64,000 nt of DNA from Flavobacteriales bacterium (GTDB taxonomy: Bacteria; Bacteroidota; Bacteroidia; CAIKAF01). The notes under the pieces are model-generated. The model made no database searches, was not told where the DNA came from, and was given only the letters and a program-made list of their open reading frames with translations. Shown here in pieces: positions 18,357-28,156 of the stretch. Position 1 is the stretch's first letter. Each line of letters begins with the position of its first letter. Where the stretch lies: the NCBI GenBank assembly GCA_022402535.1, contig JAKRSD010000019.1, positions 14,224 through 78,223 of the forward strand, written 5' to 3'. A program made the translations under genes and the position numbers.

Positions 18357-19727
18357 ATGAGCGAGAAAAAAACAATCGGTTTTTCTAAACTTTCAAAAAT
18401 TGAAAAACTAAAAACCGTAGCCGAAAAATTTGCCGATTCTCAGGCGGTAGAGGCTGAATTTGTATCTTATTGGCATGCCGATCCAAACAAACAAAAAGTA
18501 TTTGATGAGTTTTCTGAAAATACCATCACCAACTTTTATTTTCCTTACGGAGTAGTGCCCAATTTTATGTTGAATGGGCGTGAGTTTATGATTCCTATGG
18601 TAATAGAAGAAAGTTCGGTAGTGGCTGCTGCTTCTAAAAGTGCAAAATTTTGGGCCGATAAAGGCGGTTTCCGTGCCGAAGTGATTTCAACCGAAAAAAT
18701 CGGACAGGTACATTTTATTTGGGAAGGCGATAAAAACAAGCTGTTCAACGCATTCCCTTCCCTGAAAAACGAACTGATTTCCCAAACCAAACATATTACC
18801 GCCAACATGGAAAAACGGGGTGGCGGGATTTTGGATATTGAACTGGTGGACATGACCGAGTTTGAACCCGGATATTACCAACTCAAAGCTTCGTTTGAAA
18901 CCTGTGATTCCATGGGGGCCAATTTCATCAATTCCTGTCTGGAAGATTTTGGTTCCATTCTGAAAGATTTCATACAGGAAAATCCCGGGTTCACGGAGTC
19001 CGAAAAGCAGGTAACCGTGATTATGGCCATTTTATCTAACTACACCCCGCGTTGTCTGGTAAAAACTTGGGTAGAATGCGATATCCAAGATTTAGGTCAG
19101 GTGGAAGAAGGAATGACTCCCGAAGTGTTTGCCGAAAAATTTGCCAAAGCCGTAAAAGTAGCTCAGGTGGATACCTTTCGTGCCACTACGCACAACAAAG
19201 GAATTTACAACGGAATTGATGCCATTGTATTGGCTACGGGGAATGACTTCAGGGCTGTGGAAGCCTGCGGACACGCCTATGCCGCACGTAATGGAAAATA
19301 TTCGAGCCTGAGCGAAATTGAACTGAAAGACGGAAAATTCAAATACAGAATCACGGTACCTATGGCTATGGGTGTTGTTGGCGGACTTACTGCGTTACAT
19401 CCCCTGGCGAAACGCTCTATTGAATTATTGGGTAATCCATCAGCATCTGAACTGATGATGATTGCTGCGGCAGTAGGACTGGCCAACAATTTTGGGGCGT
19501 TGAAATCGCTTACCACCACAGGTATTCAAAAAGGCCACATGAAAATGCACCTGCTGAATATTCTGAATCACTTTGAAGCCAGTGAACAGGAAAAAGAAGC
19601 GGCGGTGGAATATTTTAAAACCCATAAAGTATCCTTCAATTCGGTAAGAAGTTTCTTAATCGCCTATCGCGAAGAGCTGATTAAAACCGGTGCCAAAAAG
19701 GCTCATGAAGTAAAAGTGAATATTTAA
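18357..19727 (+). CDS. mvaA: HMG-CoA reductase, class II
   Basis: EN.I, PMVIEESSVVAAAS, DSMGAN, THNKGI.NG, GND.RA, GIQKGHMKMH. Confidence 0.95.
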   Translation: MSEKKTIGFSKLSKIEKLKTVAEKFADSQAVEAEFVSYWHADPNKQKVFDEFSENTITNFYFPYGVVPNFMLNGREFMIPMVIEESSVVAAASKSAKFWADKGGFRAEVISTEKIGQVHFIWEGDKNKLFNAFPSLKNELISQTKHITANMEKRGGGILDIELVDMTEFEPGYYQLKASFETCDSMGANFINSCLEDFGSILKDFIQENPGFTESEKQVTVIMAILSNYTPRCLVKTWVECDIQDLGQVEEGMTPEVFAEKFAKAVKVAQVDTFRATTHNKGIYNGIDAIVLATGNDFRAVEACGHAYAARNGKYSSLSEIELKDGKFKYRITVPMAMGVVGGLTALHPLAKRSIELLGNPSASELMMIAAAVGLANNFGALKSLTTTGIQKGHMKMHLLNILNHFEASEQEKEAAVEYFKTHKVSFNSVRSFLIAYREELIKTGAKKAHEVKVNI

Positions 19728-19735
19728 TATACTTG

Positions 19736-19802
19736 CTCCCGTTTTAAAACTTGACTTTTGAAATTCAGAAGTCTGTTTTTGAAACGGGAGTTTTTGTTTT
19801 TT
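19736..19802 (+). terminator. Long hairpin/terminator between mvaA and the GYDIA kinase
   Basis: CTCCCGTTTT...GAAACGGGAG outer stem, GACTTTTGA/TCAGAAGTC inner stem, then a T tract. Confidence 0.7.
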
Positions 19803-19816
19803 GTCCAGTCAGTTGC

Positions 19817-20731
19817 ATGAGAAAAGAATATCAAAAAAAGGCAAACGGAAAGTTTTTAATCACCGGGGAATATGTTGTACTCAGGGGAATAGAAGCGCTT
19901 GCCATTCCATTGAAACTGGGACAAAAAATATTGATGGTGCCCTACGAAGGGGAGGCTATTTATTGGGAGAGTTTTTCGCCCGAAGGAAAATGGTTTGAAT
20001 GTGCATTGGCCAATAATAACTTGGCGATTATTTCCGCTTCGGATGAAGGGAAAGCCCGGAAACTGGCTGAAATTTTATCGGAAATAAGAAAAGAAAATGC
20101 CCAATTTCTGGCCGATGGTGGCTGGTGGGTTAGAACAGATCTTGAATTTCATACCCAATACGGGATGGGAAGCAGCAGCACCCTGTTAGCTTTGCTTTGT
20201 GATGCGGCCTCTGTGAATCCTTACCGGGTGTTAAAGAACACGTTTGGCGGTTCAGGCTATGATATTGCCTGTGCATTTGCCGACGGTCCCATTTTATATT
20301 CTCTTCAGCATGGAAATTTAAATCCCGAAATCAAATCGGCCAAAATTGCGGAGGCGGTTAAAAATCATTTACTGTTTGTATACTCAGGCAATAAGATGGT
20401 TTCATCAGGTGAAGTAAAAAAATTTGCTTCAGTATCTGTTTCTCAAGCAGTGCTGAATCGATTGAGCGAAATCTCCCGAGAGGCATCAGATATAGAGGAT
20501 TACAAGGTTTTTGGCCTTTTGATGACTGAACACGAGCACCTGATGAGCGAAATATTGGCACGTCCTTGCATCGCAGATTCTTTTCGTGATTTTGACGGAA
20601 CGGTTAAATCTATGGGGGCTTGGGGCGGCGATTTTTTTATGGCAATTTGTGAAGAGGTAAATCAAGCCAAAAACTATTTCCACGAAAAAGGATTTCCCGT
20701 TGTTTTTGAGTACAGGGATATTGCTCTTTAA
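19817..20731 (+). CDS. GYDIA-family GHMP kinase (candidate phosphomevalonate kinase)
   Basis: GKFLITGEY.VL, GMGSSS, GSGYDIACA, KSMGAWGGDF. Confidence 0.88.
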   Translation: MRKEYQKKANGKFLITGEYVVLRGIEALAIPLKLGQKILMVPYEGEAIYWESFSPEGKWFECALANNNLAIISASDEGKARKLAEILSEIRKENAQFLADGGWWVRTDLEFHTQYGMGSSSTLLALLCDAASVNPYRVLKNTFGGSGYDIACAFADGPILYSLQHGNLNPEIKSAKIAEAVKNHLLFVYSGNKMVSSGEVKKFASVSVSQAVLNRLSEISREASDIEDYKVFGLLMTEHEHLMSEILARPCIADSFRDFDGTVKSMGAWGGDFFMAICEEVNQAKNYFHEKGFPVVFEYRDIAL

Positions 20732-20787
20732 TCTATCTAATTCAGCTATTTGTTGAATATCTTATCTTTGGAACATAATATTGAGTC

Positions 20788-21687
20788 ATGAAAACAAAAT
20801 TAACGTTGTTTGCCGCTGCTGTTGTGGCTTTATCATTCACTGCCTGTAAAAAAAATAAAGAGGATGGCCCTCGTCTGGTATTTAAATTTCAGTTTGATTC
20901 TACCCAGGCAAGGTTAAATAATGTGGGTCAACCCTCCGTGATTCCGGCAGGAAATGCAGCCCAGACTCCCATGTTTAATTTACTCAGCGGTCATTATATT
21001 GAACTGGCTCCTACAGCATTTACAGCCTTAGGCACAGGTGAAGTTATTTATCATGCTCCCGAAGTCAATGTATCGGGAGGCATGTTTAATACGGCGATAG
21101 ATCACAATAAATGCACGCCCGTAGGAAATGGACAAACCTTCTTTTCAATTCCAATTTCCGAAGTAAATGCCGGCACCTATGAGTGGCTCCGGGTTTCTTT
21201 GGCTTACCAGAATTACGATATCAAATATGCTTTTGATAATCCCTTAAATCCTGGACAAACACTTACCGCCACCGGAACAGTAGCGTCCTTTATCGGATAC
21301 AATACTTATATAGAGAATTATACGATTAAAAACCAATCCATCGCGGTGAACGGCCCTAAACTACAGGGATATTGGGGTTTTGAAACTACAGTGTTTAATA
21401 CGCCTTTTACCACTACGGGACAAGCCCCTCCGGGTGCAATTACTGTTCCTAATCCTTTGTTTAATTCATCGCCCATTCCTGCAGGTTCTTGTGTGGTTAC
21501 GGCCGCTTTCACACAGCCGCTGGTGATTACGGGTAACGAAACCCAGGATAAAGTAGTGACGGTTTCTATTTCCATTAACCGCAGTTTTGAATGGAAAGAG
21601 GAAGTTGAAGACGGACTATATCAGCCGGATGCCGGCGAAGTACCCGTAGACATGGGCGTACGCGGCATGATTCCTTCCTGGCAGTAA
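20788..21687 (+). CDS. Hypothetical lipoprotein
   Basis: Lipobox FTA-C followed by KKNKED; TATCTTTG -7 box at 20763-20770. Confidence 0.8.
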   Translation: MKTKLTLFAAAVVALSFTACKKNKEDGPRLVFKFQFDSTQARLNNVGQPSVIPAGNAAQTPMFNLLSGHYIELAPTAFTALGTGEVIYHAPEVNVSGGMFNTAIDHNKCTPVGNGQTFFSIPISEVNAGTYEWLRVSLAYQNYDIKYAFDNPLNPGQTLTATGTVASFIGYNTYIENYTIKNQSIAVNGPKLQGYWGFETTVFNTPFTTTGQAPPGAITVPNPLFNSSPIPAGSCVVTAAFTQPLVITGNETQDKVVTVSISINRSFEWKEEVEDGLYQPDAGEVPVDMGVRGMIPSWQ

Positions 21688-21691
21688 AATC

Positions 21692-23473
21692 TTAACTTTC
21701 TAAAAACTGAAGAGCGGCCAGATGTCTGTATAACCCGTCGGGGTTAGACATCAGTTCTTCGTGCGTGCCGAATTCTTTGATTTCGCCTTTGTCCATCACC
21801 AATATTTTATTGCAGTTTTTGATGGTGGCAAACCGGTGGGCGATTACAAATGAGGTACGGTTTTTCATCAGTTCATCCAAGGCGTCCTGCACCATTCGTT
21901 CACTTTCGCTGTCGAGCGAAGAGGTGGCTTCATCCAATATAAGAATGGCGGGATTTCTGAGTATGGCTCTGGCAATGGCAACCCGTTGTCTTTGTCCGCC
22001 CGAGAGTTTGGTGCCGCGTTCACCCACGAGGGTTTCATATCCTTGCGGAAACTGCGAAATAAATTCGTGGGCAAAGGCTCTTTTGGCGGCTTCCGTTACT
22101 TCTTCGTCCGTAGCCTCCGGATTGCCCTGCCTGATATTCTCGGCAATGGTGCCCCCAAACAGAATAATATCCTGCGGTACCACGGCAAAATGTTGCCTGT
22201 AACCGCTCAGTGGGTAGGCATCGGCGGGTTTATTGTCAATCAGAATCCGACCTTGGTCAGGCGAATAAAATCGAAGCAACAGATTGGTGAGCGTGGTTTT
22301 TCCGGCCCCACTCGGCCCCACAATGGCAATGCGGTCTCCGGGCATAGCTTTAAAGGAAAGGGAATGCAGTATTTGTTTTCCTTCGCGGTTGGGATAGGTA
22401 AAACAGACGCCCGAAAATTCCACTTCTCCGGTAAACCGGGGTATAGATTCGGTATCTAAAGGTTCTTCGGTTTCTTCTAAAATGCCGAGTACATTTTCGG
22501 TGGCACCCAACGCTTTTTGAATCGCAGACCAGCTGTTGGCCAATCCGCCGGCAGAAGCTGCCATGATTACCGAGAGAAAAAAGAATTTGAACAGTTCGCC
22601 ACTGGTAATGCCGGGTTGTCCCATTTCCTTTTGTCCCACCAGATAAGCGCCATACCAGATAATGGCAATGATGGCTCCAAACAAAATGACCGCCACCGAA
22701 GAAGCAAATACGGCTCGGTAACGAACATTTTTCAGTCCGATATTGACAATTTCTTCCGTTTTGCTGTTGTAGCGGGTAATTTCAAAAAATTCAACCGTGT
22801 AGGCTTTTACCGTGGCAATACCCTGCAGGGTTTCTTCTACTATGGTATTTCCTTCGGAAACGGCTTTCTGTGCTGCTTTGGAAAGTTTTCGTACCATTCT
22901 GCCGAAATACAATGCAAAAACAATCATCACAGGCAAAATGGCCAAAATGAAGATTACCAGTCGCGGCGAAGTAAGTGCCAACAGGATGATACTACCAATA
23001 ATGATGATGATTTCGCGGATAAACTCTGCCAGAATAGAGGTGAGTGTTTCTTTCACGGTGGATATATCTTCCGAAATGCGGCTGTTAAGTTCACCCACCC
23101 TTTTTTCTGAAAAGTAGCGCATAGGCAGTTTAATCAGCCGCTTGTAAACATCCTTACGGATTTGGGCAATGGCTTTTTCGGTTACATATCCAAAAAGTAC
23201 TACCCGGAAATAAGACGATACACCCTGTATCAGCAATACAGCCACCATAATCAGGGTAATGTCTTTGATTTTTTCAGAGAAATTAGATTCCTGAATATCG
23301 ATCATATCCCCCATAAAGTTGAATATGGCCAATGTGCTCAGGCTGGAAACCACCAAAAAAAGCATCCCAATGATAAAGCGGTATTTGTAAGGAGCAATAT
23401 ATCGGTAAAGTCCTATGGCCTTTTGAATCGATTCTTTTGAAATTTTTCTGCTTTTCTTTTCTTGCTCTTCCAT
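21692..23473 (-). CDS. ABC exporter, fused TMD-NBD (MsbA/ABCB-like)
   Basis: 6 TM; GPSGAGKT, LSGGQRQR, ILDEATS, IAHR; TATTTTTG -7 box at 23489-23496. Confidence 0.94.
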   Translation of the reverse strand: MEEQEKKSRKISKESIQKAIGLYRYIAPYKYRFIIGMLFLVVSSLSTLAIFNFMGDMIDIQESNFSEKIKDITLIMVAVLLIQGVSSYFRVVLFGYVTEKAIAQIRKDVYKRLIKLPMRYFSEKRVGELNSRISEDISTVKETLTSILAEFIREIIIIIGSIILLALTSPRLVIFILAILPVMIVFALYFGRMVRKLSKAAQKAVSEGNTIVEETLQGIATVKAYTVEFFEITRYNSKTEEIVNIGLKNVRYRAVFASSVAVILFGAIIAIIWYGAYLVGQKEMGQPGITSGELFKFFFLSVIMAASAGGLANSWSAIQKALGATENVLGILEETEEPLDTESIPRFTGEVEFSGVCFTYPNREGKQILHSLSFKAMPGDRIAIVGPSGAGKTTLTNLLLRFYSPDQGRILIDNKPADAYPLSGYRQHFAVVPQDIILFGGTIAENIRQGNPEATDEEVTEAAKRAFAHEFISQFPQGYETLVGERGTKLSGGQRQRVAIARAILRNPAILILDEATSSLDSESERMVQDALDELMKNRTSFVIAHRFATIKNCNKILVMDKGEIKEFGTHEELMSNPDGLYRHLAALQFLES

Positions 23474-23645
23474 CAGGTAATGTTGGCACAAAAATAGGTT
23501 GCCGGGGCATACAATAACTTCCCGTTTTCAAAAACATTTAAAAACAGAATCTGTTTTGCAGAAGTAATCAATACAAAACCGTTAAAAAGTATCGGGAGTT
23601 AAAAGCTGAATCACCTGCAATCCGGTATACTTTCGCTTCAGAAAA

Positions 23646-24536
23646 ATGGCTCAGGACGAAAAAAACATAAAAGCACTGATCACTCTTCTGGATGACGAAG
23701 ACCGTATGATTTTCGATCATGTACGGAGCACGTTGATAGAGCTGGGTATTGAAGTGGTTCCTCAGTTGGAAGCTGCCTGGGAAGAGTCATTTAACCCGCT
23801 GTTGCAGCAACGGATTGAAGAAATCGTTAACCAGATTCAGTTCAAGAAAATTTGTTCCGATTTAGAAAACTGGGTGAATTCGGGGGCAGAAAAGCTGATA
23901 GACGGATGGATGATTCTGACCAAATATCAGTATCCCGATGTGGACGAACAAAAGCTATTGCGCCAGATAGAGCTGATCAGAAAAGACATCTGGATAGAGT
24001 TAAATGACGAACGAACAGCCATGGAAACCGTAAAAGTGTTGAACCATATTTTGTTTAATACCCACGGCTTTTCGGGCAATACCACCAATTACCATGCGCC
24101 CGGCAACAATTTTTTAAATACGCTTTTAGAATCTAAAAAAGGGAATGCGGTTTCACTTTCAGCTCTTTACATTACCATTTGTCAGATTTTGGGAGTAACG
24201 GTATATGGGGTAAATCTTCCCGAACACTTTATTCTTGCCTACAAGGAAGAAAGTCCGACTGCCCTTTTATTTAAGCCGTTCAATGAAAATCCTGTTTTGT
24301 TTTACATGAACCCGCTGAACCGGGGCACTATTTTTGGCCGTCAGGAAATTGATGTGTTTTTGAAAAGGCTGAATCTGAAACCCGAGAAAAGTTATTTTGA
24401 GCCCTGCGGCAACACGGAAGTAGTATCCGTCCTGATACAAAATTTGATTAAGGCCTATCGGGAAGACAGGCGTAAAGAGAAAACGGCCGAACTGGAATAT
24501 CTTCTGAAAATTCTGAATCAAACGAACCGATTCTAA
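23646..24536 (+). CDS. SirB1/transglutaminase-like protein
   Basis: F.GN...Y..P.N.FL..LL....GN..SL..LY, GVNLPEHF, NP.N.G. Confidence 0.85.
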   Translation: MAQDEKNIKALITLLDDEDRMIFDHVRSTLIELGIEVVPQLEAAWEESFNPLLQQRIEEIVNQIQFKKICSDLENWVNSGAEKLIDGWMILTKYQYPDVDEQKLLRQIELIRKDIWIELNDERTAMETVKVLNHILFNTHGFSGNTTNYHAPGNNFLNTLLESKKGNAVSLSALYITICQILGVTVYGVNLPEHFILAYKEESPTALLFKPFNENPVLFYMNPLNRGTIFGRQEIDVFLKRLNLKPEKSYFEPCGNTEVVSVLIQNLIKAYREDRRKEKTAELEYLLKILNQTNRF

Positions 24537-24631
24537 GGCTTCGAATACGCAATCGGTAATTAAAAAGTTCGAATAGTTGTAATTTCATTTACGGCTGCTA
24601 AATTTGCATGTTGTTTTGACATAATTGGACC

Positions 24632-24922
24632 ATGAACGGGGTGGAAGTTATTTTAGCGAGCCTTAACTCTAAAGTTGAGAAACTGATATTGCTGCATAAA
24701 TCGGCTTTGGAAGAAAATAAAATGCTTGAAATCGAAATAGCTGACCTCAGAGTGGAAAATGAACAGTTAAGACAACAACTGACAGAAAACGATCATAAAC
24801 AAAAAAACGAACAGTTTACCGAAATAATTTCGGCGGGCGGTTTTGAAAAAAATGAACTGAAGGTACGTCTGGATGCGATGATCGGGGAAATTGATAAATG
24901 CCTGGCAATTTTAAATCAATAA
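24632..24922 (+). CDS. Coiled-coil ZapB-like protein
   Basis: Coiled coil ending EIDKCLA.L; directly upstream of zapA; TAAATTTG -7 box at 24599-24606. Confidence 0.75.
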   Translation: MNGVEVILASLNSKVEKLILLHKSALEENKMLEIEIADLRVENEQLRQQLTENDHKQKNEQFTEIISAGGFEKNELKVRLDAMIGEIDKCLAILNQ

Positions 24923-24926
24923 AAGA

Positions 24927-25226
24927 ATGAGTGAAAAATTGTCGATAAAAATACAGATAGGTGGCCGGCATTATCCCTTGAGCATTGCTCCGGAAAAAGA
25001 AGAAATTATTCGAAGGGCGGCTAAATTACTGAACGAACGAATGAAAAGTTACCAGGAAAATTTTGCCGTACAGGATACACAGGATCTGCTTTCGATGTGT
25101 GCGCTTGAATTTGGGGTGCGCATGTTGGAAACAGAACAAAATAAAACGGAAAACCATTCCGAAGAGCTCGTAAATCAGCTGACCCAAACGGAGCAGTTTA
25201 TTTCCGGGTATCTGAACAGTTTATAA
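24927..25226 (+). CDS. zapA: Cell division protein ZapA
   Basis: IKIQIGGRHYPL...EE.IRRAAKL...D.QDLL.M.AL. Confidence 0.9.
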   Translation: MSEKLSIKIQIGGRHYPLSIAPEKEEIIRRAAKLLNERMKSYQENFAVQDTQDLLSMCALEFGVRMLETEQNKTENHSEELVNQLTQTEQFISGYLNSL

Positions 25227-25278
25227 AACCTCTCTCCGTGTTTTTCGATAAAACGGTCGAAAAAACGTAAAAGAAAAA

Positions 25279-26829
25279 ATGGAAATAATGACAATCGGCG
25301 TGGCTATTGCCACGCTTCTCATTGGTTTGGCAATAGGCTTTTTTGTAGCCGGATCCATAGCCAAAAAAGTGAACAAAGAAAAGGCGGAACGCATCATTAA
25401 AGAAGCGGAATCAGAGGCCGAAGTAATTAAAAAAGACAAAATTTTACAGGCTAAAGAGAAGTTCCTGCAACTGAAAGCGGAACATGAAAAAGCCGTAAAC
25501 GAAAAAAACAAATCGTTAGCGGAGGCTGAAAACCGCATCAAACAGAAAGAAAATACGCTTTCTCAAAAAATTGAAGCCAACAGCCGCCAGTCTGCCGATA
25601 TGGAAAAGAAATCGACCAAACTGGATTCGCTTATCGAAATCAATGAAAAGAAAAAAGAAGATTTAGAAAAGCTCCACCGTCAGCAGGTTCAACAACTCGA
25701 AACCATTGCCGGACTCACCGCCGAAGAAGCCAAAAATCAATTGGTGGAAGCCCTTAAAGCCGAAGCCCGCACAGAGGCCATGAGCGCCCTGCAGACCATG
25801 GTGGAAGAGGCAAAAATTTCAGCAAATAAAGAAGCCAAACGGATTATTCTTCAAACCATTCAGCGTGTAGGAACCGAAACGGCTATTGAAAACGCCATTA
25901 CCGTGTTCAACCTTGACAGCGATGAGGTGAAAGGACGTATCATTGGCCGCGAAGGAAGGAATATCCGTGCATTGGAAGCTGCCACCGGAGTAGAAATTAT
26001 TATTGACGATACCCCCGAGGCTATCGTACTCAGTTGTTTTGATCCTATCCGCAGAGAAACAGCCCGTCTGGCCCTGCACCAGTTGGTTACCGATGGCCGT
26101 ATTCACCCGGCCCGCATTGAAGAAATTGTGGACAAGGTGAAAAAACAGATTGAAGAAGAAATTATCGAAATCGGAAAAAGAACCTGTATCGATTTAGGGA
26201 TTCACGGGCTTCATCCGGAACTGATTCGATACGTAGGTCGTATGAGATATCGTTCTTCTTACGGTCAGAATCTGCTTCAACACTCCCGCGAGGTGGCCAA
26301 TCTTTGCGGTATTATGGCTGCTGAACTTGGTCTGAATCCTAAACTGGCAAAACGAGCCGGATTACTCCACGATATAGGAAAAGTACCCGATGGCGAAACA
26401 GAATTGCCTCACGCCCTCTTTGGGATGAAGCTGGCCGAGAAATACAAAGAAAATCCGGAAGTATGTAATGCCATCGGTGCCCACCACGATGAGGTGGAAA
26501 TGACTTCACTATTAGCTCCGATTGTGCAGGTTTGTGATGCCATTTCAGGTGCCCGTCCCGGTGCCCGCCGCGAAATGACCGAGCAGTACATCCGCCGGAT
26601 TAAAGATCTGGAAGGACTGGCACAAAGCTTCCCCGGAGTGATGAAAAGCTATGCGATACAAGCCGGTAGAGAATTGCGTGTGATTGTGGAAAGTGAAAAA
26701 GTGTCCGATGCTGATTCCGATGCTCTTTCATTTGAAATTTCGCAGCGAATCCAGAACGAAATGACGTATCCGGGTCAGGTAAAAGTGACCGTGATCCGCG
26801 AAAAGCGTTCCGTGAATTATGCCCGTTAA
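25279..26829 (+). CDS. rny: Ribonuclease Y
   Basis: N-terminal TM, coiled coil, KH ([13 protein letters not shown]), HD (LLHDIGK), C-terminal YAIQAGRE. Confidence 0.97.
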   Translation: MEIMTIGVAIATLLIGLAIGFFVAGSIAKKVNKEKAERIIKEAESEAEVIKKDKILQAKEKFLQLKAEHEKAVNEKNKSLAEAENRIKQKENTLSQKIEANSRQSADMEKKSTKLDSLIEINEKKKEDLEKLHRQQVQQLETIAGLTAEEAKNQLVEALKAEARTEAMSALQTMVEEAKISANKEAKRIILQTIQRVGTETAIENAITVFNLDSDEVKGRIIGREGRNIRALEAATGVEIIIDDTPEAIVLSCFDPIRRETARLALHQLVTDGRIHPARIEEIVDKVKKQIEEEIIEIGKRTCIDLGIHGLHPELIRYVGRMRYRSSYGQNLLQHSREVANLCGIMAAELGLNPKLAKRAGLLHDIGKVPDGETELPHALFGMKLAEKYKENPEVCNAIGAHHDEVEMTSLLAPIVQVCDAISGARPGARREMTEQYIRRIKDLEGLAQSFPGVMKSYAIQAGRELRVIVESEKVSDADSDALSFEISQRIQNEMTYPGQVKVTVIREKRSVNYAR

Positions 26830-26848
26830 ACTCATTTCATAACGCAAT

Positions 26849-28132
26849 ATGAAAGACAGGATTCGGCAATACAGGAACTCCGAATTCTTAAAAAATTCTT
26901 TTGTAACCGTTTCGGGAACGATTGCCGCGCAGGCAATCGTTTTGCTTTTGCAGCCCTTGCTTCGCCGCATTTACGAAGTGGAAACCTTCGGTTATTTTTC
27001 TGTATTTACTGCCCTGGCCGGAATTCCGGTGGTCATAGCCTGTTTCAGATACGAACTGGCCGTTATGCTTCCCCGTTCTCAAAAAGAAGCCGACAACCTT
27101 ATGGTAGGTGCCTTTTTTCTTAATGTCATTTTCAGTGTACTGCTGGGTATAGGCATTTGGTTTTCGGCAGATTGGCTAACGGTTTTTTTAAACATGGATG
27201 TAGGATTCAAAAGATGGCTTCCTGCCGTGGCTCCCGCTGTGTTTTTTTATGCCAATTTTACCCTGTGGAATAACTGGTTAGTGCGTAAAAAACAATTTGG
27301 CGCCGTAAACTGGCTTAAACTTTCGCGACGCACTTCAGAAGGTTTGGGGCAGGTTTCCATGGCTTCTTTATTTTCAGGTATGGGACTATTGTTGGGCGAG
27401 TTGTTGGGGCGTTTTATTTTCAATCTTACCGGAATTTATTTTCTGTTTAAACACGGTTTCACATTCAAATTTGTGAAGATTCCTACAGTGTTGAGACTGC
27501 TGAAAGAATACATCCGGTTTCCCAGATACAGTGTGTTGCCTACATTACTCAATTCTGCCGGCCTGCTGTTGCCGGCCATTATGTTTAACCGGCTTTTCGG
27601 AAAAGAGCAGACTGGCTATTTTGATTTGAGTCTGCAAATGCTGGGTGTGCCCGTAATGTTTGTGGTCAATTCACTTTCTACGGTTATCAACGAACAGCTT
27701 TCATCGGCATACAGAAACCGCGAATCCGTGAAACCGAAGGTGATGCGCATATTTAAAAATCTGGCCGCTTTGGGTATGGTGTTTTTTCTATTTTTTGTGT
27801 TGTTCGCTCCCGTAATTTTCAATTTTGTTTTTGGAGAGAAGTATGATGTTTCGGGCAGATATGCCCAAATTTTAGCGTTTACCTTTTCTCTTCGGATGAT
27901 GGTTTATCCTATGGCCGTTTCATTTGCCGCATTAGACCGCATCCGCGCCGGAAGTCTGGTGCAATACATCCATTTTTTCATGATTTTCGGGTATTTCTTC
28001 TTCCATACCTACGATGATATGGAATGGTTGGTCGGGTATGCAATTTTAGAAGCTTGCTTATCAGTGATTTATTTCTTTTTTATCCTTTGGGAAATCAGGA
28101 AGTATGAAGAGTCGTTAAAATCTGTAAATTAG
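26849..28132 (+). CDS. Wzx-like polysaccharide flippase (MOP superfamily)
   Basis: About 12 TM; GT..AQ, R.Y..E.FG, RYELA..LP, Y..FP patterns. Confidence 0.82.
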   Translation: MKDRIRQYRNSEFLKNSFVTVSGTIAAQAIVLLLQPLLRRIYEVETFGYFSVFTALAGIPVVIACFRYELAVMLPRSQKEADNLMVGAFFLNVIFSVLLGIGIWFSADWLTVFLNMDVGFKRWLPAVAPAVFFYANFTLWNNWLVRKKQFGAVNWLKLSRRTSEGLGQVSMASLFSGMGLLLGELLGRFIFNLTGIYFLFKHGFTFKFVKIPTVLRLLKEYIRFPRYSVLPTLLNSAGLLLPAIMFNRLFGKEQTGYFDLSLQMLGVPVMFVVNSLSTVINEQLSSAYRNRESVKPKVMRIFKNLAALGMVFFLFFVLFAPVIFNFVFGEKYDVSGRYAQILAFTFSLRMMVYPMAVSFAALDRIRAGSLVQYIHFFMIFGYFFFHTYDDMEWLVGYAILEACLSVIYFFFILWEIRKYEESLKSVN

Positions 28133-28156
28133 TTTCCAAATTCAGAGGGGAGGGCT

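Noticed and set aside
25227-25278. 6S RNA between zapA and rny
   Set aside because: The gap is only 52 bp, too short for a 6S RNA.
26849-28132. Polysaccharide biosynthesis locus
   Set aside because: Only an orphan flippase; no glycosyltransferase or polymerase genes nearby.
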